This document shows, one piece after another, positions 1-9,508 of a stretch of DNA of 50,746 bases. Positions within the stretch are counted from its first letter, which is position 1; each line of letters starts with the position of its first letter. The notes beneath the pieces are model-generated. The model had not been told where the DNA came from. It was given only the letters and a program-made list of their open reading frames with translations, and did no database searches. The DNA is from Bacteriovoracales bacterium (GTDB lineage: Bacteria; Bdellovibrionota; Bacteriovoracia; Bacteriovoracales; Bacteriovoracaceae), in assembly GCA_026713835.1 (NCBI GenBank), contig JAPONP010000088.1, positions 1 to 50,746 on the forward strand. The letters run 5' to 3'. Made by a program: the position numbers and the translations under genes.

Positions 1-56
1 TGGAGAACAGTTACCTTGCCTTTATTACAGTTTTTGCTAGAGGTGCGAGCAGTTAC
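1..56 (+). mobile_element. MITE-like repeat element, copy A (right half only; the left part lies outside the window)
   Basis: nt 1-56 are identical to the reverse complement of 26564-26619 and match 40534-40589 at about 50 of 56 positions. Ends in the terminal repeat GGTGCGAGCAGTTAC. Sits just downstream of the lpxK stop. Confidence 0.75.
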
Positions 57-97
57 CAAATTAAAGAAGAGGACAAAAAAGATGAAAAAAAAACATC

Positions 98-1162
98 TCA
101 TAAAGAATCCAATTTGAGTGCCCCGGTCACGGCCTTCTTTAGCTCGCTCTTTCCGGAAATAAAGTCCACCTCAACCGGTATATAGTACACTTTTGCCGCC
201 ATGGATATTCTTCTGATTTTGATAATATCCTTCTCACTGGCTATAATGATCCCATCGTGTTTCTTCGCTTTTGCCAAAAGGCCCTCAACATCCTCCAACG
301 AAAAATAGTAGTGATCGGGGAAAGAAACTTTTTCCGCAATATCGACCTCAAGGTCTTCGAGTTGCTTGAAAAAAGACTTAGGGGAAGCGATGGCCGCCAC
401 CGCAACCACCTTTTTTTCTTTCATCTCCTCGATATCAAAAGCCTTTTCAAAGTTGGCATCGTAGAGACCTTGGGGTCTGTATTTAATCTTAACCCAAACG
501 GCTCCCGGGGCCACATAGGGGGCCAAAAATTCTTCCAGTCTTTTGATATTATATGGACTGGCCTGATCGCATCGGCTCAATACAATGGCATCCGCATCCT
601 TAAGAGAAGTCAAACCCTCCCTCAAATATCCCTTAGGCGCTACATTGTACTGGGACAAAGGCATGGCCGCATCAAACAAAACCACATCAAAGTTTCTAAA
701 AAGCCCCAAATGCTGAAAACCATCGTCCAAAACACCCACATCGGGTTTTATCTTATCGAAGAAAAAAGAGAGGTTTTTCGCCCTTCTCTTCCCCACGATA
801 ACGGCCCCATCGGTTAAATGGCGAGCGAGCATCAAGGGCTCATCTCCAAAATCGAGGGGATCATATCGAAAGGCCTGCCTTCCTTCAATGAGGTGACAAG
901 AATGTTCAAAACGTCCCTTATAACCCCTCGTCAACACCACCGAATGAAGGCCGTATTCACCAATAAGTTTTGTTAGCCAAAGGGTAAACGGCGTTTTTCC
1001 GGTTCCTCCAAAAGCGATATTCCCAACAGAAATGATAGGCATTTGAAAAAAAGTTCTCTTCAAAAAACCGTACTGATAGAGATATCGCCTCAAGCGATAG
1101 ATGCCCTCCCAAAGAAAGGCCAAGGGTGTAATCACCAAAGATTTTAAAAATTCAATCATCAA
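98..1162 (-). CDS. lpxK: Tetraacyldisaccharide 4'-kinase
   Basis: 354-aa ORF with an N-terminal hydrophobic helix followed by the P-loop GNIAFGGTGKTPF and TRGYKG, as in LpxK. Only a 3-nt gap separates it from lpxB. Confidence 0.9.
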   Translation of the reverse strand: MMIEFLKSLVITPLAFLWEGIYRLRRYLYQYGFLKRTFFQMPIISVGNIAFGGTGKTPFTLWLTKLIGEYGLHSVVLTRGYKGRFEHSCHLIEGRQAFRYDPLDFGDEPLMLARHLTDGAVIVGKRRAKNLSFFFDKIKPDVGVLDDGFQHLGLFRNFDVVLFDAAMPLSQYNVAPKGYLREGLTSLKDADAIVLSRCDQASPYNIKRLEEFLAPYVAPGAVWVKIKYRPQGLYDANFEKAFDIEEMKEKKVVAVAAIASPKSFFKQLEDLEVDIAEKVSFPDHYYFSLEDVEGLLAKAKKHDGIIIASEKDIIKIRRISMAAKVYYIPVEVDFISGKSELKKAVTGALKLDSL

Positions 1163-1165
1163 TGC

Positions 1166-2335
1166 TCACAAGGGGCCAGATCTATGAGAATGGATCACCG
1201 ATGCCATGTACTTAGCAACATGAATATCCTCTCCCTCAAGAGATTTTGGCATCGTCTTCAATTGTTCCCCTATTTTTTCATAAACCTCGGCTTTTGTTAG
1301 CCAAAGTTTTAAGATTCTCAAAAAATTAAACCCATTGGCCTCCACTTGTAAAAATTCCGGAAAAACTTTTTGACCTTTAATGATATTGGGTAAAGAGATG
1401 GGGCCTTTATAACCGGCAGATAGGAGAGAAAAAATCGTTTCGTTGAATAAATTCATCTTATAGGCCACAATGGTCGGCACTTGAAATAAAGCGCAGCTTA
1501 GGGTAACGGTCCCACTGGCCGCCAGACAAATATGGGCCCACTCCAGGGCATCGGCCAAACGGGTCTCTTCATAAACCACATCAAACGGATAGGGGTAACG
1601 AGCAAAGAGTTCTTCTCTAATACTTTGGGCCTTCACCACGCCCACTTCGATATTCCACCCCTTTTTGAGCTCCGAAACGGCCCATAAAAACTCCGGTAAA
1701 AGGGAGGTGATCTCCAATGTTCTCGATCCGGGCAAGAGTAAAATCCGGGCCTTCTTTTCGGGGGAGTTTTGGTTGAATGTTCCCTCCCGGTTCCCCTCAG
1801 ATTTCTTTTGAAGACGGGATAGTCTCTTTCGATACTTGGTCAACAAGGGGTGCTGAACGGTCTTGACTCTCCCCACGCCACGGGATTCAAACCACTTTCT
1901 TTCAAAGGGAAAAATCGTAAAGAGGGTGTGAACTCTTTGGGCCAAGGCCTTGGCCCGTCCCGGACGCCATATCCAGGCCGTCGGCGCCACATAATAGAGG
2001 ATCTTAACTCCTCTCTTTTTCAGTTTTTTGGCCAAAAACATATTAAAATCTTGAAAATCCACAAGGATCGCCGTCTCGGTCTTTCTGCGCGCGACCTCCG
2101 CTTCAATGGCCTTGACGGCCTTGAGATAAAACCCCAGTCGAGAGATCGCTTCGACAATTCCTAGAGTCGAAAAATCTCTAAGGTGGTAGAGAAGTTCAAA
2201 TCCTTTGGCCTCCAAAGCATCCCCGGCCACACCGTAAAATGAGGTTTTGGGGCAATCGGCGACAAGGTCGTCATAAAAACTAAGGACGTGTTCTTCTCCC
2301 GATTTTTCTCCGGCCACGATCAGACAACTCGTCAT
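1166..2335 (-). CDS. lpxB: Lipid-A-disaccharide synthase
   Basis: 389-aa ORF. The N-terminus LIVAGEKSGEEH and the YYVAPTAWIWRPGRAK segment are typical of LpxB (GT19). Located between lpxA and lpxK. Confidence 0.9.
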   Translation of the reverse strand: MTSCLIVAGEKSGEEHVLSFYDDLVADCPKTSFYGVAGDALEAKGFELLYHLRDFSTLGIVEAISRLGFYLKAVKAIEAEVARRKTETAILVDFQDFNMFLAKKLKKRGVKILYYVAPTAWIWRPGRAKALAQRVHTLFTIFPFERKWFESRGVGRVKTVQHPLLTKYRKRLSRLQKKSEGNREGTFNQNSPEKKARILLLPGSRTLEITSLLPEFLWAVSELKKGWNIEVGVVKAQSIREELFARYPYPFDVVYEETRLADALEWAHICLAASGTVTLSCALFQVPTIVAYKMNLFNETIFSLLSAGYKGPISLPNIIKGQKVFPEFLQVEANGFNFLRILKLWLTKAEVYEKIGEQLKTMPKSLEGEDIHVAKYMASVIHSHRSGPL

Positions 2336-2362
2336 GCCCCATCCTTTTCCTAGTGCTCCGAC

Positions 2363-3109
2363 CTATTTGGCAAAGGGGGCGAGACCGATTTCGCTTCGGC
2401 CGATAAAATCGACCATTTTTTTTACCAAGGGGTCGGAAATAAACTCGCTCGCCAGTTTCTCGTTTTTAACGAAGGCCCTAGGGGAAAGGGCCGAAGCCTC
2501 CATGGTTCGGAAAAAATCCACCAACACGGTAATGGTTTCTCTGGAATGGCCGCGTCGGCGAAGGCCTACGATATTGATGCCCTTGAGTTTAATGCGATTC
2601 CCATAGGCCGTACAAAAGGGGGGGATGTCGCGGTCAATCGTTGAATAGGCCCCGATATAGGCCCCTTCACCGACGGTGACAAATTGAATGACTCCGGAGC
2701 CTCCTCCCACAGTCACGTTGTTCTCTATTCTCACATGACCTGCCATATTGACAGCATTGACGATGATATTATGATTCCCCAAAACCACGTCATGGGCCAA
2801 ATGAACATAGCACATGATCAGATTGTGGGAACCCACGGAGGTGAGACCATTTTCCTTGACCGTCCCTTTGCGAATGGTCACATATTCCCTAATAGTGTTA
2901 TGATCCCCTATTTCAACTCTCGTTGGCTCTCCCTTATAGGATATATCTTGGGGGTTTTCACCGATGGAAGAAAAGGAATAAAAAACATTGTTTTTCCCAA
3001 CCGTCGTATCCCCACTCATCCTCACATGGGAAATGAGCCTACAGCCATCACCCAGCTTAACCTCTGGGCCCACGATGGAAAAAGGGCCGACCACAACGTT
3101 GGTGCCCAA
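2363..3109 (-). CDS. lpxA: Acyl-ACP--UDP-GlcNAc O-acyltransferase. The coordinates use the TTG start from the ORF track. Homology continues upstream and the real start is probably CTG at 3157.
   Basis: Hexapeptide-repeat left-handed beta-helix protein in the canonical fabZ-lpxA-lpxB position. The conserved LpxA N-terminus (IHPSSIVEKGAQLG) is encoded in frame upstream of the TTG. Confidence 0.9.
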   Translation of the reverse strand: MGTNVVVGPFSIVGPEVKLGDGCRLISHVRMSGDTTVGKNNVFYSFSSIGENPQDISYKGEPTRVEIGDHNTIREYVTIRKGTVKENGLTSVGSHNLIMCYVHLAHDVVLGNHNIIVNAVNMAGHVRIENNVTVGGGSGVIQFVTVGEGAYIGAYSTIDRDIPPFCTAYGNRIKLKGINIVGLRRRGHSRETITVLVDFFRTMEASALSPRAFVKNEKLASEFISDPLVKKMVDFIGRSEIGLAPFAK

Positions 3110-3153
3110 CTGGGCCCCTTTTTCTACGATAGATGAAGGATGTATCTCAACGC

Positions 3154-3687
3154 TCAGTTCTCTCTCCTTATCGGTTTGACCAAGGAAAAAATTTCACATT
3201 CGCTCATCAGATTCCCATCGCAAAAAATCGTACACTCGCTTTCAGAAAAAAAGTTCATCAATTGATGATCGCCTGCCTTGATTTTCAAATTTTTTAATTT
3301 GGATACGATCTCTAAATCCATTCCGGGGAATATGGGTTTTCTAAATTTGGCCCTGGAGATGCCAAGCAAAACCGTCTCAATAGAGATTTCGGAAAGATCC
3401 TCTACGAGTCCATAGAAAAAAAGGCAAAGATTTTGGGCCATGATCTCCACCTGAATAACTCCGGGTAAGATGGGAGAATCCGGAAAATGCCCCTCAAAAA
3501 GGGGAAGGTCTTTTTTCACATGAAAACGGCCCACGACTTTGCCCCCGAGAAGGGTTTTGACATCCGCTTTCTTGAAAGATTCGATATTTTTTTTCCCCTC
3601 AAAACCCATAAGCTTTGCGGAATCGATGAATAAAAACGGATCTCGATGGGGGAGAAATCCCATGATATCTTCTCTATTAAGTAACAT
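3154..3687 (-). CDS. fabZ: 3-hydroxyacyl-ACP dehydratase
   Basis: 177 aa with the hot-dog dehydratase motifs LPHRDPFLFID and FEGHFPDSPILPGV. Located between lpxD and lpxA. Confidence 0.93.
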   Translation of the reverse strand: MLLNREDIMGFLPHRDPFLFIDSAKLMGFEGKKNIESFKKADVKTLLGGKVVGRFHVKKDLPLFEGHFPDSPILPGVIQVEIMAQNLCLFFYGLVEDLSEISIETVLLGISRAKFRKPIFPGMDLEIVSKLKNLKIKAGDHQLMNFFSESECTIFCDGNLMSECEIFSLVKPIRREN

Positions 3688-3691
3688 CTCC

Positions 3692-4741
3692 TTAATCCCT
3701 TTTCTCTTCTTTTGTGATCAATTTTTTGATGGCAACGGAACTTCTTAGCCACTCGTTTAAAGACATGGCCGGATAACCCCCTAACCGTTGACCTTCGGGC
3801 CAACTCTTCATCGTGACGGTTCCTCCGGCCAAAGAGCAACCGGCACCGATATGGGCCCCATGGCCCACACCGCTCCTTCCTCCAAAAATCACACCGTCCC
3901 CTACCCGAACGGAACCGCTCAAAGCGCTCTGGCCACAAAAGATAACTCCTTTTCCCACGACACAATTATGTCCTATATGAACGGCGTTATCCAATTTTGA
4001 TCCCTGCCCGATAATCGTATCCCTAAATGTTCCCCTATCGATAGAGCAATTGGCCCCGATCTCCACGTGATCTTCGATCACCACTCCTCCAAGATGCCAA
4101 ATTTTAATCTGAGTTCCCTCGTGAAAACGATAGCCAAAGCCGTCGCTACCGATCACCGTATTGGAGTGAATACGGCAAAAAGGGCCGATCTTCACATCGT
4201 AATAAACGGAGACGTTGGGGTGAATCACCGTTTCCTTTCCAATACGGCAACCGGCCATCACCACGGAACCCGGATGAATGGTCACGTTCTCTTCCACCTC
4301 AACCCCCTCTCCGATAAAGACCTGTTGAGCGATGTCGGCCGAAGGGTGGATGGTGGCCGAACCCATTTGCCTTCCATCGACCATATCGTTGGTCTTCCCA
4401 TATTTTTTTCTATAAAACGGAAGGGAAAGAAGGGCCATGGATAGATCGATACTATCGACCGTCCCCATTCCGGAAAAAGTTTTGGAAAGAATATCGTATT
4501 CAGGAGAAGATTTGAGTTCGGTGAAAAATTTTTTTTCTACGAGCAAGTAGGCCCGCTCTATTTTTTTTTCCCTTTCCGATTGGAGAAAAACGCTCAACAA
4601 TTTTTTATTTTTCAAAAAGGTGATGGAATCCGGTTTGATAAAATCTAAAGAAGAGAGGGTTCGGAAAGAAAAATCTTCGGGAAGATGGCTAAAATGGGGA
4701 TCAAAGGATCGGTCATATTCCCCGATCTGCGAACATTTCAC
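3692..4741 (-). CDS. lpxD: UDP-3-O-acylglucosamine N-acyltransferase
   Basis: 349 aa with an N-terminal LpxD-type domain followed by long hexapeptide repeats (HPSADIAQQVFIGEGVEVEENVTIHPG...). Follows the skp-lpxD-fabZ gene order. Confidence 0.9.
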   Translation of the reverse strand: MKCSQIGEYDRSFDPHFSHLPEDFSFRTLSSLDFIKPDSITFLKNKKLLSVFLQSEREKKIERAYLLVEKKFFTELKSSPEYDILSKTFSGMGTVDSIDLSMALLSLPFYRKKYGKTNDMVDGRQMGSATIHPSADIAQQVFIGEGVEVEENVTIHPGSVVMAGCRIGKETVIHPNVSVYYDVKIGPFCRIHSNTVIGSDGFGYRFHEGTQIKIWHLGGVVIEDHVEIGANCSIDRGTFRDTIIGQGSKLDNAVHIGHNCVVGKGVIFCGQSALSGSVRVGDGVIFGGRSGVGHGAHIGAGCSLAGGTVTMKSWPEGQRLGGYPAMSLNEWLRSSVAIKKLITKEEKRD

Positions 4742-4744
4742 AGA

Positions 4745-5254
4745 CTATTTCCCGGGGTATTTTTTATTGTGCAATTTGGTCACGTCGCCGGTGATATCCT
4801 TTTTATTGGCGGCATAGATCACCGGGGATGAACCTTTCTCAAAAACCACATCGACCTTGCGCTTCTTGGCCACTTCGGCCACGACTCCATAAATCCTTTT
4901 CACCACGGGCCCGGTCAAATCCGCCTCCATTTTTCTGATTTCGCTTTCATATTGGCGGCGTTTCCCTTCGAGATCGAGGAGCATTTTCTGGAGTTTTTTC
5001 TCCTCCTTTCTTCTCGCATCGGCACTAAGAAGCCTAGACTTTTTATCAAAGCCCTCTTTGGCCTTTTTTAATTTGTTCTCTTGTTTTTTGAGAGCGGTCT
5101 TTTTCTTGTTAAAACTCGCTTCGAGCTTTTTGCGAATCTTTTGCCCCTCCTTAGTGGAAAAAAGGGTTTTTTGCATATCGATGGTTCCTACGACCATGGA
5201 AAAAACCTGGGTGGAGTGGAGCGAAAAAAGGAGGGTCAAGATCGACAAATACAT
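4745..5254 (-). CDS. skp: Periplasmic chaperone Skp/OmpH family
   Basis: 169 aa with a signal peptide followed by a Lys/Glu-rich coiled-coil region. Sits in the classic position between bamA and lpxD. Confidence 0.75.
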   Translation of the reverse strand: MYLSILTLLFSLHSTQVFSMVVGTIDMQKTLFSTKEGQKIRKKLEASFNKKKTALKKQENKLKKAKEGFDKKSRLLSADARRKEEKKLQKMLLDLEGKRRQYESEIRKMEADLTGPVVKRIYGVVAEVAKKRKVDVVFEKGSSPVIYAANKKDITGDVTKLHNKKYPGK

Positions 5255-5297
5255 GGTTAACCCCTTGCTATTATTGAATCTTTCTTAGTTCAGCTTC

Positions 5298-7658
5298 TCA
5301 AAATAATTGGCCGATGTCAAAGAAGAAAACGCTGGACTTTTCCCAGGGTTTTTTCTCTAGGGGATAGGCGAACTCAAAACGCAAGACTCCGAGAGGAGAA
5401 AACCACCGCATACCAAACCCATAGTCATAACGCAAGAAGTTACCATCCTGCGACCGAAACTCCTCCTCATAGACGTTGCCCGCATCCACGAAGACGACCG
5501 CCTTCATCCTGGCCTCTCTCACGAGAGGGTATTCCAGCTCAAAAGTCGTAAAGAGGCTGGCCATTCCCCCTTGGGCAAAGGATCGAATGGGCCGATTCGA
5601 CTCAGGCCTTTGTCGGGTACACTCCCCTTGCCCACTGTCTCCTTGAGGGACGAGGTAACATTGGGGCCCCACCTTTCTCGTCTCATAGCCTCTCATATTT
5701 CTCCCCCCCCCCAAAAAGAATTTAGCACTTCGCGGAATAGGCTGATCATCCACACGAAAAAGCTGACCGATGGCCAAGTGGTGGCGGGCGACCAAATCCC
5801 CTACGATTCGATGGTAATACCTCGTATCCAGTTCCAGTTTCGTCCATTTTTTTTCAAAGCCCAGTCCCGCATATTCGCCGGAAATGGAAACATAACTTCC
5901 CTTCGACGGTTCAAAACGATTGTCTCTGGAATCCCGAACAAGGGTCAAATCGATAATAGAGGCCACTCCATTTTCCACATCCTCATCGATGGTCGGGTCA
6001 TCCACATTGCTCACATTGGTGTCTAAGATCTTATAGGCTGCAAAAAGTCGGGTGTATTCAAAGACGGGCAGGCCGAACCGAAACGTCAGCCCCCTGTTTT
6101 TGACCAATTGATCTTCTCCCGTTTCATTTTTGTCATTATAGAGATCGATCCCCGCCGACCACTGGGTATCGTTAAAATAGGGTTCTGTAAAACCGAGTTG
6201 AAACGTGCGAACATCTTGGGAGTTTTGAATGGATAAACGCAAGTGTTGACCCAGCCCTCGAAAGTTATTTTGGGCCACCGACCCCTGGAAATAGGCCCCA
6301 CTGGTGGTGGAATAGCCACCTCCTATGGACAATTGTCCCGTATTTCTCTCCTTGAGTTGGATTTCCACATCCAAGACATTGGAATCCGATTCACTGGGGA
6401 TCGTATTAAAAACGACACTCCCCGGTTCAAAAAATCCCAGGCGGGCCACATTTTCCTTGGATTCTCTAAGTTTGGAGCCGGAGTATTTCATTCCCTCGTG
6501 AATCTTGAGTTCACGGCGAATGACTTTATCTCGCGTCTTGGTATTCCCCTTAACGGAGATTTTTCCGATGGAAGTGAGATTTCCCTTTTCAAAAGAAAAT
6601 CTCAGGTTGACTTTGGATTCTCCGGGAACGATGTCGAGATCTCTTAAAACATTGGCAAAGGCATACCCTTCATCTTGGTAGAGTTCCGTCAACATCCTGA
6701 TATCATCTCTTAGCTTATCCTCCGCATAGAGAGAGTCCGGTTTGAGAATCAACTTTTCTCTCAACTCCTCTTCGGGAAAAAGCATTTCTCCATTAAAGAA
6801 AATCTCATTGATCCTATAGGTAGGCCCTTCGACGATCTTAATTGTGATAAAAATCCACTTTTTATCCTTTGAAACCGTAATCGCCGGAGAAGCCATATTC
6901 ACCTGCAAGTGCCCTTTAACCTTATAAAAGTATTTAATTCTTTCGAGATCCGTTTTAAAATCAAATTCTTTAAAATTACCCGACCCACTCATTCCCGAAA
7001 AAAGTGACTCTTCCCGAGTGACCATGAGGGCCCTTAGCTCTTCATCGGAAAATTTTTCATTTCCCAAAAAGGTGATTTTTTTCACCTTAACCTTATCAAA
7101 TTCTTTGATATGGAAAAAAACTTCTGCTTGTTGCTTAGAGGTCTTCTTGACTTCAAAATTGACCGTTGCCAAAAAAAATCCTTTATCTTCGTAGAATTTT
7201 TGAAGGAGGGCGACATCGTTTTTTAAGGAATTGATGTCCAAAAGACTAAACCTTTTGGTCTTTAGCTGCTCTTTAATTTCTCCTTCATCGACTTCGACAT
7301 TTCCCTCAATGGCGATCTTGGAAATGATGGGCTTTTCCCTCACTCGAAAGATCAAGATGTCTTTCTTTCCATGACGTTTGTGATGAACCTCTACCGTTTC
7401 AAAATGCTTCATTCCATAAATACGCCTTATATCCCCTCGAATGAGATAATTATCCACGACCATCCCCTTGCGAACGGCCACCTTTTCCAAAATGGCTTCG
7501 GGTTCGACCTTTCTTAGACCTTCGACCCGAATCTCATCGACGGTGAAAAAGTTTTTTCGCTTCCCAATGAAGACCTCTCCGTTCTCCATCGATCCATCGG
7601 CCAAAGCCGGCAAAATAAAGACAAAAAAGAGAGGGATGGTTTTAAAGGCTGCGATCAC
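5298..7658 (-). CDS. bamA: Outer membrane protein assembly factor BamA
   Basis: 786 aa with a signal peptide, repeated POTRA-like modules (FVIDEIRVEG-type) and a C-terminal beta-barrel ending in an aromatic residue (...FFFDIGQLF). Confidence 0.92.
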   Translation of the reverse strand: MIAAFKTIPLFFVFILPALADGSMENGEVFIGKRKNFFTVDEIRVEGLRKVEPEAILEKVAVRKGMVVDNYLIRGDIRRIYGMKHFETVEVHHKRHGKKDILIFRVREKPIISKIAIEGNVEVDEGEIKEQLKTKRFSLLDINSLKNDVALLQKFYEDKGFFLATVNFEVKKTSKQQAEVFFHIKEFDKVKVKKITFLGNEKFSDEELRALMVTREESLFSGMSGSGNFKEFDFKTDLERIKYFYKVKGHLQVNMASPAITVSKDKKWIFITIKIVEGPTYRINEIFFNGEMLFPEEELREKLILKPDSLYAEDKLRDDIRMLTELYQDEGYAFANVLRDLDIVPGESKVNLRFSFEKGNLTSIGKISVKGNTKTRDKVIRRELKIHEGMKYSGSKLRESKENVARLGFFEPGSVVFNTIPSESDSNVLDVEIQLKERNTGQLSIGGGYSTTSGAYFQGSVAQNNFRGLGQHLRLSIQNSQDVRTFQLGFTEPYFNDTQWSAGIDLYNDKNETGEDQLVKNRGLTFRFGLPVFEYTRLFAAYKILDTNVSNVDDPTIDEDVENGVASIIDLTLVRDSRDNRFEPSKGSYVSISGEYAGLGFEKKWTKLELDTRYYHRIVGDLVARHHLAIGQLFRVDDQPIPRSAKFFLGGGRNMRGYETRKVGPQCYLVPQGDSGQGECTRQRPESNRPIRSFAQGGMASLFTTFELEYPLVREARMKAVVFVDAGNVYEEEFRSQDGNFLRYDYGFGMRWFSPLGVLRFEFAYPLEKKPWEKSSVFFFDIGQLF

Positions 7659-7661
7659 AAG

Positions 7662-8318
7662 TTAGCTCTCCGCTATCAAACCGTCATTCATGGTAAAAAC
7701 TCGCTCAAACTGCCGGGCCACCTCTCCATCGTGAGTCACGACGACGAGAGAAAGGCCCAAAGAGGACGACAGATTTTTAAGAAGTTGCACCACGTTTTGA
7801 GTATTTTCTAAGTCTAAATTTCCCGTAGGCTCATCACATAAAAGGAGCTTAGGGGCCAAAGAGCAGGCCCTGACGATATTAACCCTTTGCTGCTCTCCTC
7901 CGGAAAGTTGGTAAGGGTATTTTTTCAAACAATGGTCAATGCCTATGCGATGAGATATCTCCTCAACCCTTTCTTTCACCTCTCTCGAAACTTCTCCCCC
8001 AATTCTTGCGGGAAGGTAGATATTATCGATCACCTTCATGGAGGAGAGCAAAAAGTGAAACTGGAAGACAAATCCGATATGAGTATTGCGATACTTGGCC
8101 AAGGAGTCATCTTCTGAATGGCCCAGTTCAAACCCATCCACTGCAATACTTCCCTCATCTAAACTCTCAAGGCCTCCCAAAAGATAGAGAAAAGTCGATT
8201 TTCCCGATCCACTGGCCCCCCTAATAATACATTGCTCGCCACGGGAAAGAGAAAAATCGATCCCTCTCAAAACCTCCCTATCGCCGTAAGATTTTTTTAA
8301 ACTTTTGACAACGATCAC
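7662..8318 (-). CDS. lolD: Lipoprotein-releasing / MacB-type ABC transporter ATP-binding protein
   Basis: Walker [13 protein letters not shown] signature LSGGEQQRV and Walker [11 protein letters not shown] trimmed the listed ORF (to 8402) to the GTG at 8318, which overlaps the upstream permease stop as GTGA. Confidence 0.8.
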   Translation of the reverse strand: MIVVKSLKKSYGDREVLRGIDFSLSRGEQCIIRGASGSGKSTFLYLLGGLESLDEGSIAVDGFELGHSEDDSLAKYRNTHIGFVFQFHFLLSSMKVIDNIYLPARIGGEVSREVKERVEEISHRIGIDHCLKKYPYQLSGGEQQRVNIVRACSLAPKLLLCDEPTGNLDLENTQNVVQLLKNLSSSLGLSLVVVTHDGEVARQFERVFTMNDGLIAES

Positions 8319-9508
8319 GAATGAAATCCCAAACGAAGTCGTGACAACAGGGATTCTTTTTGCAATCCCTTGAGCCCGAACCAAGCTATTCCCATAAGCC
8401 ATAAAAGGGCCAAGAGAAAGGCCGTCACATAGGAAAGAGGAGAAAGTTCCAGTTGGATTCGTCCCAAACTATAGATCTTCCCCGGCAATTCTAAAAATCC
8501 TATATTCAACAAGGCCCACTCAAAGACCTTGGAAAATGCCGTGGCCAATAGACATGAAGCCGCCCAAATCACGGTCAAAAGCATCATCCATCCCCATACC
8601 ATCCTCTGCCGAGAAACCCCAAGGGCCTGAAAGAGGAAGAGTTCCCTGGCCTTTTGTTCGCTCAAAAAGGTCACAAAGGCCACGATATTGAAGATGGCGA
8701 TGACGATGACCAATTGTAAAATGACGGCGATGGCCAATTTTTCCACCTCCACCGCTTCGAGAAGGGGGGCAAATTCCTGCCAAAAGGGGCGTAAAACCAT
8801 GGAGGAGTCGAGATGCTCGGCCAAATCCTCCCGAAGGATCGACACCTTGGAGGTAAGATCTTTTTCCTCCGGGGAAAACCGATTGAGGGCCACCAAATTG
8901 ACCAAAGCCTTGGCCCCCAACATCTCTTGAATTTTTGGCAAGGCCACATAGACAAATCTCATGTTCTTGTCGTAGATCCCGTGGTCGATGATTTGAGCGA
9001 TACGAAAACCGGAAAGGGTGGGCAAGGTACTCCACTGTCTTTTTCCCGTGGCCAAGGCCAAGGCGAGTTCATCCCCTTGGGCCAGCCCTGCGGTGCGGGC
9101 CAGTTCTCGGCCCACGGCCATCTCATTGCCTTTCAAAGAAATCGCAAGCCCACTCACTTTGGAAAAGGACTCGCTCTCAATTCCTTTGACGATAACCCCT
9201 TTGGAAAAATGATCCCGAACCACAAAGCCTTCGGTTTGAATAAAGGGGGCATAGTCCACTTCCCTTTCCTCAAAGAGATTCCGTTCCTCTTGGCCCAAGG
9301 TAAAAAAACCTCTCCGTGAAAAGAGGGAAATATCTCCCGAAGAAAGTTTGAGGGCCCTCTTGAGGGTATGCTCAAACCCATCCATCAAGCCAAACGTGCA
9401 TAAAATAACGGAGATAGAAAGGGCAAAGGAGAGGACGACCCCCACGACAAAACGGGGTGTGCCGGAACCTTCAAAGAGCATTTTAAAAAAAGAGACGCCG
9501 GCCTTCAT
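8315..9508 (-). CDS. LolC/LolE-family (FtsX-type) ABC transporter permease
   Basis: 397 aa with an N-terminal TM helix, a large periplasmic domain and a C-terminal FtsX-like 3-TM bundle. Adjacent to and overlapping the lolD-like ATPase gene. Confidence 0.75.
   Translation of the reverse strand: MKAGVSFFKMLFEGSGTPRFVVGVVLSFALSISVILCTFGLMDGFEHTLKRALKLSSGDISLFSRRGFFTLGQEERNLFEEREVDYAPFIQTEGFVVRDHFSKGVIVKGIESESFSKVSGLAISLKGNEMAVGRELARTAGLAQGDELALALATGKRQWSTLPTLSGFRIAQIIDHGIYDKNMRFVYVALPKIQEMLGAKALVNLVALNRFSPEEKDLTSKVSILREDLAEHLDSSMVLRPFWQEFAPLLEAVEVEKLAIAVILQLVIVIAIFNIVAFVTFLSEQKARELFLFQALGVSRQRMVWGWMMLLTVIWAASCLLATAFSKVFEWALLNIGFLELPGKIYSLGRIQLELSPLSYVTAFLLALLWLMGIAWFGLKGLQKESLLSRLRLGFHS

Noticed and set aside
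5703-5712. 10-nt G/C homopolymer inside bamA (also 9-nt runs in acnA near 33864 and in the ATPase gene near 29722) as possible phase-variation tracts
   Set aside because: The tracts encode conserved Gly/Pro residues within essential or housekeeping genes and recur across the window. They look like a compositional habit of this genome, not contingency loci.
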